Part shown: positions 17,711 through 26,406 of the stretch, one piece after another | Layout: each line of letters opens with the position of its first letter | How positions within the stretch are numbered: the first letter of the stretch is position 1 | Virus record (IMG/VR): IMGVR_UViG_3300025418_000011 | Source of the DNA: a virus | Strand: one strand, 5' to 3' | DNA length: 64,000 nucleotides | Notes under the pieces: generated by a model | What the model was told of the DNA's origin: nothing | The model's database searches: none | The model's input: only the letters and a program-made list of their open reading frames with translations | Position numbers and translations under genes: made by a program

Positions 17711-17827
17711 ATGAAGAAAAAGACTCCTGAAACTATCAAGCAATTGATAAAAGCTTCTAAGAAATCTCCACCCTTAGAAACTCTATTAAAAGCCACAGGG
17801 TGGATAAAACAAAAACTTAAAAAATAA
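17711..17827 (+). CDS. Small basic protein (38 aa)
   Basis: Own translation: MKKKTPETIKQLIKASKKSPPLETLLKATGWIKQKLKK; TAATG overlap with the next ORF. Confidence 0.45.
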   Translation: MKKKTPETIKQLIKASKKSPPLETLLKATGWIKQKLKK

Positions 17828-17955
17828 TGAGTATTCCTAATATTTCAGCACAAAACGGAATAGCTGATTGGTTTGCCGCAATGGTGAGTTTGTTAATGTG
17901 GGTGCAGGGCATTTACTTGGGGTGGATTCTTAATAACCTTATTAATAGAAAATGA
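17827..17955 (+). CDS. Small membrane protein (42 aa)
   Basis: Own translation; hydrophobic WFAAMVSLLMWVQGIYLGWIL. Confidence 0.45.
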   Translation: MSIPNISAQNGIADWFAAMVSLLMWVQGIYLGWILNNLINRK

Positions 17956-18137
17956 TGTCATCTCAAGAAACCTCTGCATTCCTTGTTGGAATCACCACGG
18001 GCTTTTTTCTAACAGGATTTTGTATGACTCTGTTCGTCGTGAATCCTCTAGAAAGAGAAGCGATTAAAAGGGGATATGCAGAATGGAAAAACACAGATCC
18101 TACAAAACAAACAGAAACAGTATTCACATGGAAATGA
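17952..18137 (+). CDS. Small membrane protein
   Basis: 61 aa, one TM helix (AFLVGITTGFFLTGFCMTLFVV). Confidence 0.6.
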   Translation: MMSSQETSAFLVGITTGFFLTGFCMTLFVVNPLEREAIKRGYAEWKNTDPTKQTETVFTWK

Positions 18138-18436
18138 ACACAGACAAACAAAAGATTAAGGATACACTATCTGAATTGGCAGAAATAACTTCGGAGTTAA
18201 AGGAGCACAAAGAGAATCAAAATACCTTTGTAATGGCCCTTTTAGAGAAGCCAGAAAAAGAGATTGAAAAGCTTAAAAATCAACGAGACCGTGCAATTGA
18301 GATTGTTGAAGAACTGCTGTCGTGGGGACATAAAGAACCATGTTATGCAGATGAAAGCAAACCTCAAATCAGATGCCGTTGTTCTTGGAGAGAGTGCGAT
18401 AAAGAACTAAAACAATTAAAATCTGAAATACAATGA
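18134..18436 (+). CDS. Coiled-coil hypothetical protein
   Basis: ATG at 18134 (ATGA overlap) preferred; RDRAIEIVEE module and CxC motif. Confidence 0.6.
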   Translation: MNTDKQKIKDTLSELAEITSELKEHKENQNTFVMALLEKPEKEIEKLKNQRDRAIEIVEELLSWGHKEPCYADESKPQIRCRCSWRECDKELKQLKSEIQ

Positions 18437-18756
18437 GCCCATACGAAAATAGCAAAGAAGAAACACAGTCAGATTATTTTTCTGATACACCGATTACTAA
18501 TGCACTAATTGAAGAACTCAAAAAGCCTTGTGATGGAGATAGAAAAGATCTCATAACCCTTTGCCGAGAGTTTGAGAGAGAAATAACAAGGCTTAAAAAT
18601 GGCTCACAGGGTAGCTGCTATTGCTGTGAGCCTGTGGGTATTCTCAATCAGAAGCTCCGCGAAATTGTGGAGAGATATAGGGTATGGGCAACCAGCGAAA
18701 ATCCAACACAAATAGAACTACAAAGATTAAAACAGAAATACGATGAACTCAACTGA
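18433..18756 (+). CDS. Hypothetical protein
   Basis: 107 aa; DTPIT...LCREFERE, CYCCE. Confidence 0.6.
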   Translation: MSPYENSKEETQSDYFSDTPITNALIEELKKPCDGDRKDLITLCREFEREITRLKNGSQGSCYCCEPVGILNQKLREIVERYRVWATSENPTQIELQRLKQKYDELN

Positions 18757-19033
18757 TCTGATCAACCCCGACACAACTAACTGCCCACATTGCGGAGCTA
18801 AACCAATGATTCATAGCTATGTTTGCGGAACTACTTTTCCCAATATAGCAGGGAATTGCAGTATCTCAGAAATATGTAAATTAAATAACGAGGTCGCAAG
18901 GCTCAGGGAGGAAATCGCCAAGCTCCACACAGAAAACATCTGCCTTCAAGAACTCATCCAAGAGTTTTACGAGTGGTCACGCCGAGACTACCCGAAGATA
19001 GTAAAGCCTAATTACCACTCACAGCTAGTATGA
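18743..19033 (+). CDS. Zn-ribbon/coiled-coil hypothetical protein
   Basis: NPDTT-CPHCG...CG...C then EVARLREE; paralogous to the N-terminus of 19030..19785. Confidence 0.6.
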   Translation: MNSTDLINPDTTNCPHCGAKPMIHSYVCGTTFPNIAGNCSISEICKLNNEVARLREEIAKLHTENICLQELIQEFYEWSRRDYPKIVKPNYHSQLV

Positions 19034-19785
19034 ACCCCGACACCACACCAACGCCGAGGACGGATGCCTGCCCTCACTGCGGGTCTTATCCAATCGACCC
19101 TGTGAGATGGGAATGCGGTGCATTACTGCATGACCTTGGTTATGGAGAAATCGTAGTAGGTCAATCCGACCGCTGTAAGCTGACCGAGAAAATCAACGAG
19201 GTCGCAAGGCTCCGTGAGGAAGCAAACACTTGGCATCAGCATTACCGCGACGAGGCTTCAAAAGCACAGAAGTGCAAACAAGCCTACATTGAACAAGAGA
19301 AAGAAGTCGCAAGGCTCAGGGAGCTTCTGAACCGAGCGATTGAGATTGCGGAAGACTTTCAAAGCAATGGTCACGATACCGCCTGTTACTATGAGGTGAA
19401 CAAGTATCGTTGCCGATGCGGTTTCATAGATGCTTCTGACGAGCTTGATAAAATCAAAGCAGAAGCCCGAATCGCCCCCGCGCCAGAGGAATCCATGAGC
19501 GAGGGAACTCGCATCGCCGCCGAAGCGAGGGCCGCTTGCAACAACCTGACCGAAGCGGAGAGGGAAAATGCCCTAGAGAAAGCCAACGAGGTCATGGGAT
19601 GGCGAGAGCTTGGCCAAGACGAGGTGATCAAAGAAGGGGATGAGTATTATACTGGCAAGTGGACTAAAATAACTGGGTGGATAGGCTACCCAGCGTCAAA
19701 CTTTGCCAAGGTTCGCACCCGCCGCCCTGGAAATCAAGAAACTGGAGGAGGAGATATACTTAAACTTCATAAGCCAGATAAATAG
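19030..19785 (+). CDS. Modular hypothetical protein
   Basis: CPHCG module, two EVARLRE modules, RAIEIAE module; GC-richer than flanks. Confidence 0.6.
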   Translation: MNPDTTPTPRTDACPHCGSYPIDPVRWECGALLHDLGYGEIVVGQSDRCKLTEKINEVARLREEANTWHQHYRDEASKAQKCKQAYIEQEKEVARLRELLNRAIEIAEDFQSNGHDTACYYEVNKYRCRCGFIDASDELDKIKAEARIAPAPEESMSEGTRIAAEARAACNNLTEAERENALEKANEVMGWRELGQDEVIKEGDEYYTGKWTKITGWIGYPASNFAKVRTRRPGNQETGGGDILKLHKPDK

Positions 19786-19799
19786 CCTATCGTATACAA

Positions 19800-19931
19800 A
19801 AAAAATTAAATGTATAAGGAAGCTTACATAATTAACAGATATGTCTGAGGAAGCTGACAAACTCGAAGGTATAACAATGGAAGAATGGTATGGTGGATTT
19901 GCTAAAATAGAAAGCACAGACCCAGCAGTTA
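19800..19931 (+). repeat. 132-bp direct repeat, copy 2
   Basis: Matches 17459..17590. Confidence 0.95.
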
Positions 19932-20161
19932 GAAGAGCACTAAACACTCCGATAAAAGATATGGAAAATAATGAAGTTGAGCAATTAAAGCTGCAATTAA
20001 AAGTAAGTTTAGAAAATCAATTAAACGCAGCTAAAGAGATAGTAGAACTGCAAAATAAAAATAGAGAGTTAGAGCAAATGATAGAGAGAGTCTTGCCAGA
20101 CCTTTCCTCATATCATTTAGTTCCTTCTTGGTATAGAGAGTTCAAAGAACGAAAATACTAA
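19841..20161 (+). CDS. Hypothetical protein (shared N-terminus with 17500..17682, coiled-coil C-terminus)
   Basis: 106-aa ORF. Confidence 0.65.
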   Translation: MSEEADKLEGITMEEWYGGFAKIESTDPAVRRALNTPIKDMENNEVEQLKLQLKVSLENQLNAAKEIVELQNKNRELEQMIERVLPDLSSYHLVPSWYREFKERKY

Positions 20162-20163
20162 AA

Positions 20164-20379
20164 ATGAAAATAACACGCACATCCACACTAACAGGAATCA
20201 CTAGAACAAAAGACTTAGATATCACAGAGAAACAGCTGGCTAGTTATAACAATGGAGCGTTATTGCAAGAGGCGTTTCCCCATTTGGATATGGATGACAG
20301 GGAATTCATAAAGAACGGAATCACTGGAGAAGAATGGGATCAACTATTTGGAGCCGCGGAACAAGCTGCAAATTATTAA
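20164..20379 (+). CDS. Conserved phage hypothetical protein
   Basis: ITRTS.LTG...DLDIT..QL....G.L.Q.AFP.L..DDREFI..GIT.EEW pattern recalled from many phages. Confidence 0.7.
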   Translation: MKITRTSTLTGITRTKDLDITEKQLASYNNGALLQEAFPHLDMDDREFIKNGITGEEWDQLFGAAEQAANY

Positions 20380-20383
20380 TATA

Positions 20384-21520
20384 ATGAGTGAACCGTTACC
20401 CACACTATATAAACGTACAGTCACAGGAGCAGTTCAAAGCTGGACCATTCATGTAGAAGGATCTAAGTATTGGACTGTATCAGGCAAAGACGGAGGCAAG
20501 ATGGTTGTGAATGATAGAGTACAATGCGAAGCTAAAAACATAGGGCGCAGCAATCAAACCACTCCAGAAGCGCAAGCAAGACTAGAGGCAGAGGCTAAGT
20601 GGCAGTTGAAGAAAGAGGCCGGCTATACAGAAAACATAGGGGAGGTCGATAGCGTGGTAGCTGATATAATCAAGCCCACTCTGGCTAAAGACTTCAAGGA
20701 CTACCAGGATAGTTTAAACTGGCCTGTGTATAGTCAACCTAAGTTTGACGGTCTGAGATGTATTGTAACCAGAGACGGAGCATATAGCCGTAACTGGAAG
20801 CCATTCATGACGCTTCAACATATCAGAGATGCCCTAGCTTCATTGTTCAATAAATATCCAAATATCGTGGCGTTTGACGGGGAGGTTTATAACCACCTGT
20901 ACAAGGATGACTTCAATGAGATAGTTAGTCTTGTAAAACAGCCAAAAGCCACAAGAGAGGATATTTCCAGAGCAAAAGATAAGATCGAATATCATGTATA
21001 TGATTATGTAGATAAAAACAAAGAATCGTATGCGGATAGGTCTAAAAAGTTAATCAGCTATCTGGCAGAAGCCGAAGATATCTGCATTCAACGAGTGGAC
21101 ACTAGTCTGGCTGCAGATAGAGAGCAATTAGATGAATTGTATGATCTTTATCTAGAGGGCGGATACGAGGGTCAAATGATCAGGGATGGTTCTGCGATAT
21201 ATCAGCACAAGAGAACAAACTATCTGCTAAAGAGAAAAGAGTTCGTGGATAGTGAATATCCTATTGTGGGATATAGAGAAGGCAAGGGTAACAGACAGGG
21301 CTGTATCATACTTCGCTGCAAGAATGATAATGGTCAAGAGTTTGATTGCTCTGTGAAGGGTTCTGTAGAGTACACAAGAAAGCTCTACAATATCGGAGAT
21401 AGCCTCGTAGGAATGAACGCCACAGTTAAATATCAAAGATTAACTCCAGACGGTATTCCGAAGTTCTTAACCTGCATTAAGTTTAGGGACAAAACCGGAG
21501 AAGAGTTAGTTGTTGATTAA
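20384..21520 (+). CDS. lig: ATP-dependent DNA ligase with N-terminal WGR-like domain
   Basis: Motif I QPKFDGLR (KxDG), FDGEVY, EGQMIR, LLKRKEF, OB domain. ATG at 20384 preferred. Confidence 0.95.
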   Translation: MSEPLPTLYKRTVTGAVQSWTIHVEGSKYWTVSGKDGGKMVVNDRVQCEAKNIGRSNQTTPEAQARLEAEAKWQLKKEAGYTENIGEVDSVVADIIKPTLAKDFKDYQDSLNWPVYSQPKFDGLRCIVTRDGAYSRNWKPFMTLQHIRDALASLFNKYPNIVAFDGEVYNHLYKDDFNEIVSLVKQPKATREDISRAKDKIEYHVYDYVDKNKESYADRSKKLISYLAEAEDICIQRVDTSLAADREQLDELYDLYLEGGYEGQMIRDGSAIYQHKRTNYLLKRKEFVDSEYPIVGYREGKGNRQGCIILRCKNDNGQEFDCSVKGSVEYTRKLYNIGDSLVGMNATVKYQRLTPDGIPKFLTCIKFRDKTGEELVVD

Positions 21521-21657
21521 TAAGTATTTATATAACCGGAAACTCCCGATTATATAACAAGTTGATTAATAAGCACTTAGGATTTTGGGCTTTTCCAACG
21601 TCCTAAGTGCTTAATCAACAAATACATATGCATATCTAATAATAAAACTAGATGCAT
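21512..21657. other. Structured AT-rich intergenic element (three tandem hairpins, GTTGATTAA x3)
   Basis: GTTGATTAATAAG at 21512 and 21561; 19-bp stem 21561-21582/21601-21619 with a 3-nt bulge; further hairpins at 21527-21555 and 21628-21657. Confidence 0.6.
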
Positions 21658-21673
21658 AACTAATAAAAATATC

Positions 21674-21744
21674 TTTTTTTTAGCTAGGGGTTACCCCTAC
21701 CCCCTTAGGTTATTTAACCTTTATATAGGTATAATACCATGAAG
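21674..21744 (+). promoter_or_regulatory. T-run+AGCTA followed by bipartite early promoter, copy 3
   Basis: TTTTTTTTAGCTA-GGGGTTACCCC-TACCCCC (21698) ... GGTATAATACCATGAAG (21728). CCCCTACCCCC is also present in copy 1. Confidence 0.7.
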
Positions 21745-21778
21745 TAGTAGCCACTATTTCATAACCCTTAACCAAACA

Positions 21779-22171
21779 ATGAAAAAAATAATAATGTTAG
21801 CAGTATTGGTCTGCGGTAGTGTTTACGGTGATGACTTGTTTAGAACAAGTAGTTGCGGCGTAAATAGGGTAGAGCCTAGCTATAGACTTTCTCCTGCTCC
21901 CGCCTTGGGTAGTGCGCCATTGAATGGGTGTGGTGGGAGAGTCCAAACCCCCATATTACCAGGAGGAATGGTTCCATTGTGTCCCACCTGCCCATTAAGG
22001 GCAGGCGAGGTGAGTTATGCTCCATTGAGTATAAACATACCCAATCTTGAATATATGGTTCACCAGATAGAGATGATACCTAATTATCAGTATTATCCTT
22101 GTTTAGCTGAAGCTGTATATGGGTTGAAGTGCACAATTATTAGAGCTAAAGCCAACTCCAGAGTGCAATGA
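21779..22171 (+). CDS. Secreted Cys/Pro-rich hypothetical protein
   Basis: Signal peptide MKKIIMLAVLVCGSVYG. Confidence 0.6.
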   Translation: MKKIIMLAVLVCGSVYGDDLFRTSSCGVNRVEPSYRLSPAPALGSAPLNGCGGRVQTPILPGGMVPLCPTCPLRAGEVSYAPLSINIPNLEYMVHQIEMIPNYQYYPCLAEAVYGLKCTIIRAKANSRVQ

Positions 22172-22329
22172 AAGACATACTTATTTATGTCTGGATCACT
22201 CTACCTCTGTTAGTTTTAGGGGCAGGAGAATATCTTATAATCCAAAACATAGACTATACACTGGGAGGAATCCTATTCACAGTAGGTGCAGTATCAGAAG
22301 TGATAGTTCTAGAGGTTATAAATAAATAA
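22168..22329 (+). CDS. Small two-TM membrane protein (53 aa)
   Basis: Own translation: MKDILIYVWITLPLLVLGAGEYLIIQNIDYTLGGILFTVGAVSEVIVLEVINK. Confidence 0.5.
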   Translation: MKDILIYVWITLPLLVLGAGEYLIIQNIDYTLGGILFTVGAVSEVIVLEVINK

Positions 22330-22336
22330 ATAACAT

Positions 22337-22372
22337 AAAAAAAGAGCCTTAGCGGGCTCTTTTTTTTAGCTA
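22337..22372. terminator. Bidirectional intrinsic terminator with AGCTA tail
   Basis: AAAAAAAGAGCC-TTAGCG-GGCTCTTTTTTTT-AGCTA; the loop reads CGCTAA on the - strand. Confidence 0.85.
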
Positions 22373-22401
22373 CTGACTCCTTTATTAATTCTTGATATAC
22401 T
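22373..22401 (+). promoter_or_regulatory. sigma70-like promoter
   Basis: CTGACT-17 nt-TATACT. Confidence 0.5.
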
Positions 22402-22419
22402 TTATTCCTAGAGTACAGT

Positions 22420-22611
22420 ATGAATATACAAGAAACACTACTGTATAAGTATTACGTTAAATATAAAGAATTAACTCCAGAAGCGCGTGAAGCTCTGTAC
22501 AAGGAACTAATGGAATATGCAAAAAGCCAAAAAGAAGAAGACTCCCCAGGAGAAAAAGCCAGACACGAGCCCTCAAGTATATCAGAGAGACAAAATAGGC
22601 TGGACTCTTAA
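22420..22611 (+). CDS. Hypothetical protein overlapping the start of phoH
   Basis: 63 aa, first ORF after the promoter; the 95-nt overlap makes it uncertain. Confidence 0.35.
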   Translation: MNIQETLLYKYYVKYKELTPEAREALYKELMEYAKSQKEEDSPGEKARHEPSSISERQNRLDS

Positions 22612-23293
22612 TATCAGAGAACTTCCATGGACAGAGAAGCAGAAAGCATTTATTACATTAGCCACCCATAAGGATACCAGAGTAATATTTCTCACTGGTC
22701 CAGCCGGCACTAGTAAAACCACAGTAGCGGTTAGAGCAGCGCTACAGCTCATGAACGAGAAGAAGATAGGAGAGATTATCTTTATCCGTGCTGCAGTAGA
22801 GAGTGGTGACAGTAAGCTGGGCATGCTTCCTGGAGATATTGATGATAAGCTCGGAGCGTATATGACTCCATTCGGAGATAAATTAGAAGAGCTCTTGTGT
22901 GCAGGAGATAGAACTAAGCTAGGTGCAGAAGAAAGGCTTGTGTATAAGCCTGTTAACTTCTGTCGTGGTTCTAGCTGGACAGCCAAATGCGTTATTGTGG
23001 ACGAAGCACAGAATTTAACATTTAACGAACTTCAAACTATTCTTACTCGTATAGGTAAATTCAGTAAAGTTATTGTGTGTGCTGACCCAGACCAGAGCGA
23101 TCTTCCTCATAATAAACAGGGAGGATTTTCTACATGCGCCCAAATATTTGATACAGATGCTGCCCAGAGTATGGGTATTTTCTCTGCTAAATTTACCAAA
23201 GATGACATTGTACGTTCTGAGCTGTGTAAGTTTGTTGTAGAGACATTTGATACCTACAAGCAGGCGCACCCTCCTGTACATCCAAAACACTGA
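22517..23293 (+). CDS. phoH: PhoH-like ATPase
   Basis: Walker A GPAGTSKT, RAAVE, RGSSW, Walker B IVDEAQN, TRIG, DQSD. Confidence 0.95.
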   Translation: MQKAKKKKTPQEKKPDTSPQVYQRDKIGWTLNIRELPWTEKQKAFITLATHKDTRVIFLTGPAGTSKTTVAVRAALQLMNEKKIGEIIFIRAAVESGDSKLGMLPGDIDDKLGAYMTPFGDKLEELLCAGDRTKLGAEERLVYKPVNFCRGSSWTAKCVIVDEAQNLTFNELQTILTRIGKFSKVIVCADPDQSDLPHNKQGGFSTCAQIFDTDAAQSMGIFSAKFTKDDIVRSELCKFVVETFDTYKQAHPPVHPKH

Positions 23294-23426
23294 GACATCC
23301 ATTCAAGATGTCCAGTTAAAGGTAGATAAATACTAATTTTATCTATTCACTGAGGGTATGTTCCCGAAACAAATTTCGGGAAAATCGTGTCAAGAAATAT
23401 AGTTTCAAATTTAACGCTCAGCTTAA

Positions 23427-23455
23427 TTGACTATAGCCTTTTTATAGGGGATACT
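23427..23455 (+). promoter_or_regulatory. sigma70-like promoter for nrdB-nrdA
   Basis: TTGACT-17 nt-GATACT, 27 nt upstream of the ATG at 23483. Confidence 0.6.
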
Positions 23456-23482
23456 AAAAAGTCACAACCGCGCCTTTATACT

Positions 23483-24466
23483 ATGGAAAACATAAAAATA
23501 TTCGAAGAACAGATCGCCCGTAAACCTAATCGTTATCCTTGGACAGATGATTTCATTAAAGTAATGCATGACGGATTCTGGACGGATAAAGAATTTAGTT
23601 TTAAATCAGATATTCAACAATTTAAAGTTAAGCTTACTCAGCAGGAAAGAGACATTATTGTAAGGACCCTCTCCGCTATTGGCCAGATAGAGGTGGCTGT
23701 TAAGACTTTCTGGGCTAAGCTTGGAGAGAATCTCCCTCATCCTGCTCTTTCTGATCTTGGGTATGTTATGGCTAACGTGGAAGTGATTCACAACAACGCC
23801 TACGAGCGTCTTATTACTGCTCTGGGCTTAGAAGATGTATTCGAGGAGAATCTCAAGTTGGAATGGATTCAGGGTAGGGTTAAGTATCTTAAGAAGTACA
23901 CGCATAGGTTCTACAAAGATTCTAAGAAGCAGTATTTATATGCCTTGATCCTGTTTACATTGTTTGTAGAGAACGTTTCATTATTTAGCCAGTTCTATGT
24001 AATTAACTGGTTTGCAAGATTTAAGAATGTATTGAAAGATACTGATCAGCAGGTAAAGTACACCAGGAATGAGGAAAATATCCACGCCCTGGTAGGCACA
24101 AGAATTATTAATACAATCAGAGAAGAGTATCCTGAGCTTTTTGACGATGAGTTAGAAGAGAGAATCAGTGCAGAGGCAAGAGAGGCATATAATGCCGAAG
24201 CCAAGATTGTTGATTGGATGATTAACGGTATTAAAGAGCCTGGCCTTTCTGCACCACACTTAAAAGAGTTCATCAAAAATAGAATCAATGAGTCCCTGAA
24301 ACAAATTGGATTTAAACCAGTATTCGATATTGACTCAGCTTTATTAAAAGATACATTATGGTTTGAAGAAGAATTACTGGGAGAAAACCACACAGACTTC
24401 TTTCATAGCCGCCCCACCGGTTATGCAAAAAAGAACCAGTCTTTTGGGGAAGACGATTTATTTTAA
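23483..24466 (+). CDS. nrdB: Ribonucleotide reductase class I beta subunit (class Id/NrdBi-like)
   Basis: QIEVAVKTFW, EVIHNNAY, ENVSLFSQF, EENIH; C-terminal DFF..RP.GY...DDLF. ATG at 23483. Confidence 0.95.
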   Translation: MENIKIFEEQIARKPNRYPWTDDFIKVMHDGFWTDKEFSFKSDIQQFKVKLTQQERDIIVRTLSAIGQIEVAVKTFWAKLGENLPHPALSDLGYVMANVEVIHNNAYERLITALGLEDVFEENLKLEWIQGRVKYLKKYTHRFYKDSKKQYLYALILFTLFVENVSLFSQFYVINWFARFKNVLKDTDQQVKYTRNEENIHALVGTRIINTIREEYPELFDDELEERISAEAREAYNAEAKIVDWMINGIKEPGLSAPHLKEFIKNRINESLKQIGFKPVFDIDSALLKDTLWFEEELLGENHTDFFHSRPTGYAKKNQSFGEDDLF

Positions 24467-24478
24467 AACACATACAAG

Positions 24479-26125
24479 ATGAGCGACATATACTGGCTAA
24501 ACAAAGATTCTAGGAAGTTTTTAGAGCGGGGTTATCTGGTAGAAGGAGAAACCCCTGAGGAGCGTATTTGGAATATCTCACAAAGGGCCGAAGAAATCTT
24601 AGGCATAGAGGGATTTGGAGTAAAGTTTCAAAACTATATGCACAAGGGTTACTTTAGCTTGAGCTCTCCTATCTGGAGTAATTTTGGGAGAGCCAGAGGG
24701 CTACCTATTAGTTGTTTTGGAAGTTTCATAGACGACAATATAGAAGCTATTCTTTATAAGCATTCTGAAGTAGGTATGATGACAAAGGCCGGCGGCGGCA
24801 CCAGTGCTTATTTTGGTGCTGTTAGACCTAGGGGTGCAGCAATTTCCTCTGGCGGAGAATCCACAGGATCTGTGCATTTCATGGAGATGTTTGATAAGCT
24901 CATGAATGTGATTTCTCAGGGTAATGTTCGTAGAGGTTCTTTTGCGGCGTATCTTCCTATAGACCACGAGGACATAGAGGAGTTCTTGAGCATTCGTAGT
25001 GAGGGTAATGAAATTCAAGAGATGAGTTTTGGTGTTACTGTGTCTGATGCATGGATGAAGAGCATGATTGATGGAGATAAGGATAAACGTAAGCTTTGGG
25101 GAAAGGTAATCCAAAAGCGTTTCGAGAGCGGATATCCATATATCTTCTTTAGCGATACCGTGAATAATAACGCCCCTCAGGTCTATAAAGATAAGGGAAA
25201 GACTATCTGGGCAAGTAACCTCTGCACAGAGATCATGCTCTCCACAGATAAGGATGAGAGCTTTGTGTGTAATCTATCTTCTATCAATTTAGAACACTGG
25301 GACGAAATAAAAGAAACAGATGCAGTTAAAACATTGGTTTATTTCCTGGACGCCGTAATGTCTGAGTTTATTGAAAAAACAGAAGGACTGGCATTTATGG
25401 AGGCCCCTAGAAAGTTCGCTATTAGTCAGCGAGCATTAGGTGTGGGTGTGTTGGGCTGGCATTCATATCTTCAGAGCAAATTGATTAGCTTTGAGTCTAT
25501 GGAGGCTAAGCTACACAATAATACTATTTGGAAAGCTATTCGGAGGGAAGCGGACGAAGCAACCCAGGAGTTGGCCAAATTATTCGGTGAGCCAGAGCTG
25601 TTAGAGGGTTATGGTCGCAGGAATAGTACAACTCTTGCGGTTGCTCCCACCACCTCCAGCTCCTTTATCCTTGGGCAGGTTTCTCAGAGCGTAGAGCCTA
25701 TGGTTAGTAACTTCTATGTGAAGGATCTGGCCAAAGGTAAATTTACATATAAAAATCCTTATCTTAAAAAGCTTCTCAAGGAAAAGGGCGAAGACACAGA
25801 AGAAACCTGGAAGAAGATTCTTGTGGACGGTGGAAGTGTGCAGAACCTTGATTTCTTAACAGACCACGAGAAAGATGTATTCAAGACCTTCGAAGAAATC
25901 AGCCAACGAGAAATTGTTATTCAGGCTGCAAATAGGCAGAAGTATATAGATCAAGGTCAGAGCTTAAATCTTATGATTCCTCTGTCCGCCAAGCCTAAAG
26001 AAGTTAATGAGCTTCTTATCTTTGGCTGGGAGCAGGGAATCAAGACATTCTATTATCAGCGTAGTTCTAACCCTAGCCAGAAACTTGCCAGGTCTATTAT
26101 GAGCTGCAAGAGCTGCGAGGCATAA
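24479..26125 (+). CDS. nrdA: Ribonucleotide reductase class I alpha subunit (no ATP-cone)
   Basis: LPISCF, SNLCTEI, CNLSSINL, APTTSSS, TFYY, C-terminal CKSC. Confidence 0.95.
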   Translation: MSDIYWLNKDSRKFLERGYLVEGETPEERIWNISQRAEEILGIEGFGVKFQNYMHKGYFSLSSPIWSNFGRARGLPISCFGSFIDDNIEAILYKHSEVGMMTKAGGGTSAYFGAVRPRGAAISSGGESTGSVHFMEMFDKLMNVISQGNVRRGSFAAYLPIDHEDIEEFLSIRSEGNEIQEMSFGVTVSDAWMKSMIDGDKDKRKLWGKVIQKRFESGYPYIFFSDTVNNNAPQVYKDKGKTIWASNLCTEIMLSTDKDESFVCNLSSINLEHWDEIKETDAVKTLVYFLDAVMSEFIEKTEGLAFMEAPRKFAISQRALGVGVLGWHSYLQSKLISFESMEAKLHNNTIWKAIRREADEATQELAKLFGEPELLEGYGRRNSTTLAVAPTTSSSFILGQVSQSVEPMVSNFYVKDLAKGKFTYKNPYLKKLLKEKGEDTEETWKKILVDGGSVQNLDFLTDHEKDVFKTFEEISQREIVIQAANRQKYIDQGQSLNLMIPLSAKPKEVNELLIFGWEQGIKTFYYQRSSNPSQKLARSIMSCKSCEA

Positions 26126-26129
26126 GATT

Positions 26130-26384
26130 ATGGCGAAGAATAAATGGAAAGAAGCAATTGTAGATGAGCTGGAGGTTCTCTGGCTCTATACAGAAGAACT
26201 AGATAAAGACCCGAAGAAAGCGCTCAGCGCTATAATCAAATGGCATATAGATGATGAGCGCTTTCTTGAAAAACAAAACCGCTGGTACAATAGAGCTAGA
26301 ACTAGGTTGGAATCCTTATACTATAGAACATTCATTCCTTATCTCTACTGGAAAATAACAGGTAAAGATCAGCCCCCATTTTAG
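26130..26384 (+). CDS. Hypothetical protein
   Basis: 84-aa ORF ending in PPF. Confidence 0.6.
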   Translation: MAKNKWKEAIVDELEVLWLYTEELDKDPKKALSAIIKWHIDDERFLEKQNRWYNRARTRLESLYYRTFIPYLYWKITGKDQPPF

Positions 26385-26406
26385 TCGCAAGCTATTAATT
26401 TATAGA

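Noticed and set aside
23390-23410. NrdR box upstream of nrdB
   Set aside because: Only about 7/10 match to the core, not palindromic, and it does not overlap the predicted promoter.
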